Positions 33,915 through 40,800 of a stretch of 40,800 nt of DNA are shown one piece after another (within the stretch, counting starts at the first letter, position 1; the number at the start of each line of letters is the position of its first letter). The notes beneath the pieces were generated by a model. It worked only from the letters and a program-made list of their open reading frames with translations. It had not been told where the DNA came from and made no database searches. The translations under genes and the position numbers were made by a program. Source of the stretch: a virus. Taxonomy: Duplodnaviria > Caudoviricetes. The stretch is taken from positions 1 through 40,800 of IMG/VR virus record IMGVR_UViG_3300048762_000046. One strand, written 5' to 3'.

Positions 33915-36158
33915 GTGGCCAAGATCCCCAAGTCCGAGATGCCCGCTTATGTGCGGAGGTGCTTTCATCAATGGAAGACCGCGACGAAGCGCAACCGGGA
34001 CGCCGGTAATCAATGCCTCCGGTTTTATGTCGGAGGGGATCTTCAGTGGCGCGACGATGAGTTGACCACGCGCCGAAATCAGCAACGCCCGTGGGTCACA
34101 ATCAACCGGTGCAAGCCCGCGGTGGACCAGGTGGAGGGAGACATCCGCCTGAATCCGCCGGGGCCGCAGGTTCACCCGGTGGGCGGCGGGGCCGACGCGG
34201 ACACCGCCGACATCAATGAGGGCCTGATTCGCGAGGTGGAGTACCGGTCCAACGCACGCACGGCCTACTCTACCGCCGGCAAGTACGTCGCGGCCAGCGG
34301 ATACGCAGTCCTGGAGCTGGCCACAGAGTACGTCTCCGAATCCAGCTTCGCCCAACAACTCGTCATCAAGAGCGTCGAGGACCCGGAGATGGTGTTCTTC
34401 GACCCCACTGCGCGCCGGGCGAACCGTGAGGACGCTGGCTGGGCTGGCAAGCTCAAGATGTACTCGAAGTCGGAGTACATCGCTGCGTTTGGCAAGAACC
34501 GCGCCGTCCTGAAGGGGCGGCAGTTCCAGCGAGCCGCCGGCTGGATCCAGGACGCCATCGGGATCGAAGGAAACCTGGCCCAGATCAACGAGTGGACCGG
34601 CCCGGATGGGGAAGGCCCCTACTACGTCGCGGAGTTCTACTGCGTCGAGTCAGAACCGACCAAGCTGATCCTGTACTCGGATGGGATCTCGCGCTTCGAG
34701 GATGAAAAGGTTCCTGATGGCGTGGAACCCGCTCCCGACGCCGAGCCCAGCAAGCGCGAGCGCCGCATAATCACGAAGTACGTGGTGGATGCGTTAGAGG
34801 CGGCGGACGATACGGAGTGGCAGGACTCCGTGACTATCCCCCTGATTCCGGTCTTGGGTCCCGAGGTGTATATTGAGGGGAAGCTGCACCGCCTATCCCT
34901 TATCTCCGGCGCTATCGACCCCCAGCGCGCCTTGAACTACGTCGTCACCACCGGCACGGAACTGGTGGGCGCGATGCCCAAAAGCCCGTGGATTGGAGCG
35001 AAGGGGTCCTTCGATGATCCGCGCTGGCAGACGGCCAACTCGCAGATGTGGGCGTACCTCGAATACACCCCTGTATTCGTGACGGACGAAACCAACGGCC
35101 AGCAGCAACTCGCCCCGGCGCCGCAACGCAACCAGTGGGAAGCCCCGATTCAGTGGCTTCTCGCCCTGGCGACGTACTTTTCGGACAGTATCAAGGCCGT
35201 TACCTCGATTTTCGACCCCAGCCTCGGCGCGACGAAGGGCGACCAGAGCGGTCGCGCTATCGAGCAACTGCGCAGCGAGTCGTCTGTCGGAAACTACTCC
35301 TACACCGACAACTTGCACCGCGCCATCGGCATCATGTACTCCTCGATGCTGCGTATTTTCCCCAAGATCATGGATGGACCGCGCGCGGTGGCCATCGTGC
35401 GGCCGGACAGTCAGCATGAGATCGTCCAGATCAATCAGGAATTTCAGGGCGGTATCGACCCGAAGACGGGAAAGCCTGGCAAGGAGAACAACATCACCAT
35501 GGGCCTCTATTCCTGCCGCGTGGTGGCCGGGCCGTCGTTCGAGACGCGCCAGGAGAACGCTATCGCCACCCTCACGGACTTCTTCAAGGTGGCCCCACAG
35601 GCGCTTGCGGCCCCCGGAGTGGCTTCGAAGTTCCTCCGCATGGTTGGCGAAGGCAATCCGCAAGTGGAGGGCATGGCGGACCTGCTGGAGCCCCAGGCGG
35701 ATCAGCAGGGCGAACCGGCGCAGCTCGGCCAGCAGCTTCAGCAGGCCGCGCAGCAAAACCAGGCGCTCACGATGCTGGTCCAGAAAATGCAGCAGGCTCT
35801 GGCCGCCAAACTGCCCGAGATCGAGGCGAAGAAATGGGTGGCCGCAGTTCAGGCTATCGCCGGAATCCGCGAGGCCGAAATCAAGGCCGGAGTGGACCGC
35901 GCCGAGATGGACCTCAGCCACCTGGAAACCCTGACCGGATTTGCGCACGAAGCGGCCACCCAAGCGGCAGAGCATGAGCACGCGGCTACCATCCAGCAAT
36001 CGCAGCAGCAGGCCGCCGCGGACTCGCAGCAGCGCGATCATGCGCACGCGGACCAATCCCAGGCGGCGGATCACGAAAACTCTAAGGACGCGGCAGAGCA
36101 GCAGGCCGCGCTACAACCTCAACAGCCCGAACCAACCGGAGAGCAACCGAACCAATGA
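33915..36158 (+). CDS. P22-like portal protein
   Basis: 'LRFY.GGD.QW...RP..TIN...P.VDQV.G', 'DPQR.LNY', 'PKSPWIG', 'SG.AI', 'GPSF.TR.E'; Gln-rich barrel tail. Confidence 0.93.
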   Translation: MAKIPKSEMPAYVRRCFHQWKTATKRNRDAGNQCLRFYVGGDLQWRDDELTTRRNQQRPWVTINRCKPAVDQVEGDIRLNPPGPQVHPVGGGADADTADINEGLIREVEYRSNARTAYSTAGKYVAASGYAVLELATEYVSESSFAQQLVIKSVEDPEMVFFDPTARRANREDAGWAGKLKMYSKSEYIAAFGKNRAVLKGRQFQRAAGWIQDAIGIEGNLAQINEWTGPDGEGPYYVAEFYCVESEPTKLILYSDGISRFEDEKVPDGVEPAPDAEPSKRERRIITKYVVDALEAADDTEWQDSVTIPLIPVLGPEVYIEGKLHRLSLISGAIDPQRALNYVVTTGTELVGAMPKSPWIGAKGSFDDPRWQTANSQMWAYLEYTPVFVTDETNGQQQLAPAPQRNQWEAPIQWLLALATYFSDSIKAVTSIFDPSLGATKGDQSGRAIEQLRSESSVGNYSYTDNLHRAIGIMYSSMLRIFPKIMDGPRAVAIVRPDSQHEIVQINQEFQGGIDPKTGKPGKENNITMGLYSCRVVAGPSFETRQENAIATLTDFFKVAPQALAAPGVASKFLRMVGEGNPQVEGMADLLEPQADQQGEPAQLGQQLQQAAQQNQALTMLVQKMQQALAAKLPEIEAKKWVAAVQAIAGIREAEIKAGVDRAEMDLSHLETLTGFAHEAATQAAEHEHAATIQQSQQQAAADSQQRDHAHADQSQAADHENSKDAAEQQAALQPQQPEPTGEQPNQ

Positions 36159-37120
36159 CCCCGACAGCCGAACTTGACGTGAAAGCGCATCTCGAACAGC
36201 GCAACTTAGCCGACCAGGCGCGCCGCGAGGGAAAGGAACCGCCGAAGCCCGCGGCCCCCGCCGAGGTAGCCGATGAGTCCTCCGCCGAGAAGCCCCATCA
36301 GGCGTCCCGCAGTGAGCGCCGCCTGCAAAACCGGCTCCGCGAGGAAATCGGAGAGCTTCGCGGGCGCCTGAGAGCCTACGAGGAACTGGGCATGCGCCCT
36401 GGCAGCGTGCCGCCGGCCGCCGTAGCCGCTCCCGTGACCGACCCAGAGCCGCAGCGCGGGAACTTCTCCAGCGATGCCGAATACAACCGCGCCTTGGGGC
36501 GCTGGGACGCGCGGCAAGAGGTAGCCAAGGCCACGGAGCGGGTGGAAACGAAACTCACGGAGCGCGAGCAGCAGGCCGCTGAGTTGGAGCAGCTTCGCGC
36601 CGACATCGCGGCCTCCGAGACCCAGGCCCAGGCGGATATCAAGGAGTTGTTCCCCGACTGGGAGCAGGTTTCAAAGGATGCGCTGGACGATCCGGACGCG
36701 CCGGAGTTCACTCCGGCCGAGCACCCGATGCTCATGATGATGATCGCGCGGAGCGACATGAAAGCGCGGGTGCTATACCACTTCGCCAAGAACCCGGACG
36801 CCCTGGAGACCATGCTGGGTATGACCAAGACGCCCGACCGGCAGATAGCCGCGTTCCACCGGCTTGAAGGCCGCGTCGAAAAGCTGTATGATAAACCCAA
36901 GGTCGCGCAAGCCGCTGGCAAGGGCCAGGAAGAACGCGCAACGCACCCCGCAGAGGCAAACGCCGGGCGGTCGAAGCAGAGCACGAGCGAAAGCGATGCT
37001 CGCAAGCCGAGGCCCTCTGCGGAGGTTTCCGCGCGAGGTGGAACGGCGGTTCCCGAAGAGCCCGCAGTCGGCTCTGCCGCATGGATGGCGGCGCGCAACG
37101 CTCGAACCGGCGGACGCTAA
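36155..37120 (+). CDS. Scaffolding protein
   Basis: Charged helical protein between portal and coat; 'EPQRGNF..D.EY..AL..W', 'YHFAKNPD'. Confidence 0.8.
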   Translation: MTPTAELDVKAHLEQRNLADQARREGKEPPKPAAPAEVADESSAEKPHQASRSERRLQNRLREEIGELRGRLRAYEELGMRPGSVPPAAVAAPVTDPEPQRGNFSSDAEYNRALGRWDARQEVAKATERVETKLTEREQQAAELEQLRADIAASETQAQADIKELFPDWEQVSKDALDDPDAPEFTPAEHPMLMMMIARSDMKARVLYHFAKNPDALETMLGMTKTPDRQIAAFHRLEGRVEKLYDKPKVAQAAGKGQEERATHPAEANAGRSKQSTSESDARKPRPSAEVSARGGTAVPEEPAVGSAAWMAARNARTGGR

Positions 37121-37170
37121 GCCCCCACACTCCGTAAAGGCGCTCTCGAAACTCAATCGAGGAGCCCTAC

Positions 37171-38409
37171 ATGCCGATCAATTCGGTACCGGTACGGCAG
37201 GAAGTCACCGCCGAAGTCATCCGCGTGCTCATGAACAATTGCTTCGCCCTGCGCAGCATTGGCAGAGAGCACGAGAAGTACTTCGAAGAGCGGGTGCCGA
37301 TCGGTACGACCCTCCAAATCAAACGTCCGTGGCGGCCCAAGGGCCGGCAGGGGCAAGCCTTCCAACCGGAACCCATCGTGCAGACGACGGTTCCCCTGGT
37401 GATCTCATACTGGCGCGGTGGGGATTTCATCTACAACGACACCGACGAGGCGCTGTTCCTCGACATGGAGCGATTCCATGAAGACTACAGCCGCCCGCTC
37501 GGCATCATGATCGCAAACCAGATTGATGCCGACCTGTTGGCCTTCATGCAGGTGACGGCACCTAACTTTGTCGGCACTCCCGGCGCGATGCCGACGACCA
37601 CCAGCGTCTACAACTCGGCGCAAACCAGCCTCAACAAGCTGCTGGCTCCGCAGCAAGACCGCACGGTGATCTTCACCAGCGATTACAATCAAAACCTCGT
37701 CGGCCAGAGCCAGACGCTGTTCAACCCGGCGCGCGACATATCCGATCAATACCTGGAGGGGTACGTCGGAAAGTACGCCGGCTTCCGCTTCGGCATCGAC
37801 GAACAGATTCCGGCCTTCACGGTGGGCACCTACGCCGGAGCCGGGCGCGTCAACGGCGCTTCCCAGAGCGGCTCGAGCCTGCTCACTAACAACTGGACCA
37901 GCGGCAGCCTGGCCCTCAACCCCGGCGACCGCTTCACTATCGCGGGTGTCTACAAGGTGAACCCGTCCGGACTGCGGACCAGCTACTCCGGCGCGGCCAA
38001 CCTGCTCCAGTTCGTCGTCACCCAGTCGGTCACCGACACGACCGGCTCGGCCACGATCAACTTCTACCCGGCGCTGATCCCGGCCGGCCAGTTCCAGAAC
38101 GCATCGAACTCGCCCGCGGCCAATGCGGCGATCACAGTTCAGGGCGCCTCGGGCAGCTCCTGCAATACCGCCATCTACCTCCAGAAGGAAGCCTATACGG
38201 CGGCCTTCATCAAACTGCACAAGCCCAGCGACGTGCAGTGCGAGGTCATGGGCGGCGAGGAAGCCGGGACGCCGGGAATCTACATCCGGTCCATCCGGCA
38301 GTGGCAGAGTTCGGGCCCGTACGCGGGATACGAAACGGAGCGTATGGACACGATCTATGGCTTCGCTGCCCAATATTCGGACTACATGGCGGGGGTGATT
38401 TATGGCTAA
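37171..38409 (+). CDS. Major capsid protein (P22 coat family)
   Basis: 'IG.TL.IK.P', 'IANQID.D', 'L.PGD.FTIAGVY.VNP', 'QFVV', 'R.DTIYG'. Confidence 0.92.
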   Translation: MPINSVPVRQEVTAEVIRVLMNNCFALRSIGREHEKYFEERVPIGTTLQIKRPWRPKGRQGQAFQPEPIVQTTVPLVISYWRGGDFIYNDTDEALFLDMERFHEDYSRPLGIMIANQIDADLLAFMQVTAPNFVGTPGAMPTTTSVYNSAQTSLNKLLAPQQDRTVIFTSDYNQNLVGQSQTLFNPARDISDQYLEGYVGKYAGFRFGIDEQIPAFTVGTYAGAGRVNGASQSGSSLLTNNWTSGSLALNPGDRFTIAGVYKVNPSGLRTSYSGAANLLQFVVTQSVTDTTGSATINFYPALIPAGQFQNASNSPAANAAITVQGASGSSCNTAIYLQKEAYTAAFIKLHKPSDVQCEVMGGEEAGTPGIYIRSIRQWQSSGPYAGYETERMDTIYGFAAQYSDYMAGVIYG

Positions 38410-39091
38410 TCCCACTCAAACGACTCTCAGCGGCGCGATCACTATCAACCAGACGCAGTTCAACGTCGCCAGCAGCGCCAACCTCGCCAGCCCGACCAAC
38501 GGGTTCATGCAGAAGATCTATGTTCTCGACCCCGGCGCCACCCGCGGAGAACTCATGACCGTCTCTGCCGTGCCCGCTTCCGGCGTAGTGCAGGTCTCGC
38601 GCCTCAGTGAGTTCAAGCAGCCCCACGTTTCCGGGGCCATCGTGCTCATCCAGGCCGTGGACCCATTGCTCGAACCGTGCTTCATCGCCTTCGACCCGAA
38701 CACGGTTCCTCGCGTCACCCCGCCCCAGACGTTCCTCTTGGACATCATCAACGGGAACCAGTGGCTCTATTCGTCCGTAACGGGCACTTGGGTTCCGGGC
38801 TTCAACAACACCTCCGCCCCGCTGGCCTGCACGGCCGCCGTGGCTTCGGTGGCCGGCGTCATCACGCCCAGTGGCCCGCTGTTCCACGTCACCGGGACGA
38901 ACGCCATCACGGGGTTCACCCGTCCGACCGGGTTCACCTCGGGAAGCATCACGACCATTCCCGACAACGCCTTCACTTGGACGACTGGGGATGGATCGCT
39001 CGCGGTGGGCGGTACTGCCGTAGTCGGCAAAGCCCTTACATTCACCTATGACTGGAACGCTGGCACCTGGCAGCCCAGCTACGTAGCGTAA
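38402..39091 (+). CDS. Virion structural protein (capsid decoration candidate)
   Basis: Directly after the coat gene; 'TTLSGAIT', 'HVTGT.AIT', 'TAVVGKAL.FTYD'. Confidence 0.65.
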   Translation: MANPTQTTLSGAITINQTQFNVASSANLASPTNGFMQKIYVLDPGATRGELMTVSAVPASGVVQVSRLSEFKQPHVSGAIVLIQAVDPLLEPCFIAFDPNTVPRVTPPQTFLLDIINGNQWLYSSVTGTWVPGFNNTSAPLACTAAVASVAGVITPSGPLFHVTGTNAITGFTRPTGFTSGSITTIPDNAFTWTTGDGSLAVGGTAVVGKALTFTYDWNAGTWQPSYVA

Positions 39092-39107
39092 CCGTCAATC
39101 CTCCTTG

Positions 39108-39132
39108 GGGGCCGGCCTTCCGGCCCCGTTTT
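39108..39132 (+). terminator. Intrinsic terminator of the head operon
   Basis: GGGGCCGG-CCTT-CCGGCCCC-GTTTT. Confidence 0.8.
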
Positions 39133-39169
39133 CATGGCCGTGGAGTACAGTATCAGACAGGAGAACCAC

Positions 39170-40800
39170 GTGAAATTCGCCATCTTTTTTATCGCCGCCG
39201 CTTCCGCTTTCGCTCAGGCCCCCAATGGTTCGCTCATACCTGGATGGTCCTCGGGCGGTGGACCTCCCACCGGCGCAGCATCCGGCGCCCTCACGGGCAA
39301 CTACCCCAGTCCCTCACTGACCACGGCAGGCGTCTCCGCCCCCCTGCAATGCCTCGACACCGGCGCGGTTAACGCGATCACCTGCACCCAGGCGGGCGTG
39401 ACAGCTTACGCTGCCGGGCTCCAACTGACCGTTACCCCCTTGCATACAAATACCGGCGCAGCCACTTTGACCGTGAACTCGTTGGCGGCATTACCCGTAC
39501 AGCGCAATGGCTCAGCGTTGACGGGTGGCGACTACCTGATCGGCCAGCCGGTCACAGTTATCTGCGGTTTGACGGCGTGCCAGATTGGGGGATCTGGTCC
39601 ATGGACCGACGATGGGACTACGATCAGCGCGGCGGTGGGGAGGAGCGTAGCGGTGGGGAATAGCGTGCTCCAGAAAAGCGGCGCAAATCTCATATCCGCC
39701 GATCAGGCTACGCCAGCCACGCCCGCCGCCGGGACTACGGCATTTTATAGCAAGTCTGGCACCCTGTGCTCTATGAACCATGCGGGTGTGGAGTCCTGCG
39801 GCTTTGGGGGGAGCGGTTTAATTATCGGCGCTCCCATCGGAGGATCGCCCACGGCCAACGCGATTCTGTACGGAGACGCTTCTGGAAATCTCCAGAACGC
39901 CACTAACGTCATCCGTAGCGGGGCTGGTCAATTAACATTCGGAAGCTCTGCCGGGTCTCCTGGATCGAACATCCTCCAAGGCACCACGGCGACGGATTCT
40001 GCCTCGCTCGGTTCCGAACTCACCACCAGCGGGACGTGCAGCGGCACGGGTTGGACAGGCACGTTCCCGAATTACGTTGCGCCCGGTACGACAGCGCCGC
40101 TGACATGCACGGGATTTACGAGCGGCCAGTTTTACCAGACGGTGACGACGATTGGCGCAGGCGGGTCTGGTGCGGTGACGATTGCAATCGGGACGGCCCA
40201 AACTGCTAGTGGATCGAGCGGCACTGTGACGGCGGGGCTGAAGGCCGACGGGACGTCGCTAACCTACACTCCCGCTGCAACATACACCGGGACAATTGGT
40301 ATCAGCGCGAAACTTATAACGCCGATTTCTACTTTCAGCGTTACGGGGAAAGATTCGACCGGCGCGGTGTCTGGAGTAGCGCTCTGGCAGAGTCTCGCAT
40401 CGCTGCATAACAGCTTCTCGGGTGGGGGAGGATCGTACAACACCACGGGCAGCACCAACAGCGCACAGGGATTCAACGCCCTCTACAGCAACACCACGGG
40501 CTACTACAACAGCGCACTGGGAGTCCAGGCCCTCTACAGCAACACCACGGGCATCAACAACGGCGCACAGGGAGTCCAGGCCCTCTACAGCAACACCACG
40601 GGCAGCTACAACAGCGCACAGGGGGCCTCGGCCCTCTACTCCAACACCACGGGCAACTACAACAGCGCACAGGGAGTCTACGCCCTCTACAGCAACACCA
40701 CGGGCAGCTACAACAGCGCACAGGGGGCCTCGGCCCTCTACTCCAACACCACGGGCTACTACAACAGCGCGCAGGGGGTCTACGCCCTCTACACCAACAC
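39170..40800 (+). CDS. Signal-peptide-bearing tail fibre/adhesin with 17-aa repeats (3'-truncated; absent from the ORF track)
   Basis: AGGAG SD; GTG start MKFAIFFIAAASAFA-Q; 'GALTGNYPSP' and 'TAYAAGL...NTGAATLTVNSL' fibre motifs; frame stays open to the window end. Confidence 0.85.
   Translation, partial: MKFAIFFIAAASAFAQAPNGSLIPGWSSGGGPPTGAASGALTGNYPSPSLTTAGVSAPLQCLDTGAVNAITCTQAGVTAYAAGLQLTVTPLHTNTGAATLTVNSLAALPVQRNGSALTGGDYLIGQPVTVICGLTACQIGGSGPWTDDGTTISAAVGRSVAVGNSVLQKSGANLISADQATPATPAAGTTAFYSKSGTLCSMNHAGVESCGFGGSGLIIGAPIGGSPTANAILYGDASGNLQNATNVIRSGAGQLTFGSSAGSPGSNILQGTTATDSASLGSELTTSGTCSGTGWTGTFPNYVAPGTTAPLTCTGFTSGQFYQTVTTIGAGGSGAVTIAIGTAQTASGSSGTVTAGLKADGTSLTYTPAATYTGTIGISAKLITPISTFSVTGKDSTGAVSGVALWQSLASLHNSFSGGGGSYNTTGSTNSAQGFNALYSNTTGYYNSALGVQALYSNTTGINNGAQGVQALYSNTTGSYNSAQGASALYSNTTGNYNSAQGVYALYSNTTGSYNSAQGASALYSNTTGYYNSAQGVYALYTN
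40439..40800 (+). repeat. About 7 units of the 51-bp coding tandem repeat
   Basis: Same ALYSNTTGxxNSAQGxx unit as at 1-160. Confidence 0.95.

Noticed and set aside
34893-38415. Long minus-strand ORFs (e.g. 34893-36074, 37405-38415)
   Set aside because: Antisense shadows of GC-rich portal and coat genes, with no motifs or SD.
40439-40800. CRISPR array
   Set aside because: The repeats are in-frame coding units with only 6-nt variable patches; there are no unique spacers and no cas genes.
1-40800. Complete diversity-generating retroelement
   Set aside because: No reverse transcriptase ORF and no separate non-coding template repeat were seen.

Overview
The window is a GC-rich, nearly complete genome of a P22-like podovirus. 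Both ends break inside the same 51-bp tandem array of one tail-fibre gene (39170 to the end, continuing at 1-573), so the genome is probably circularly permuted. Modules in order: accessory and membrane genes (0.6-5 kb); an early rightward recombination/replication operon (Erf, YqaJ exonuclease, DUF5131, RusA, replication initiator, a frameshifted C5 methyltransferase with a nested alternative-frame subunit); a short leftward operon; terS; two gp4-like adaptors, each flanked by an HNH endonuclease; tailspike, gp10-like hub, GNAT and ejection proteins; then terL, portal, scaffold and P22-type coat. I could not recognise an integrase, endolysin, polymerase or reverse transcriptase. The most unusual signals are: (1) tailspike, tail fibre and several other virion-like proteins carry Sec-type signal peptides and paired cysteines; (2) an HNH gene has taken over the start of the adaptor gene and supplies a synonymously recoded replacement start; (3) two C-terminal segments of the gp10 homologue appear swapped; (4) candidate structured RNAs and a shared 20-bp operator. 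All family calls come from motif recognition by eye, not database searches.
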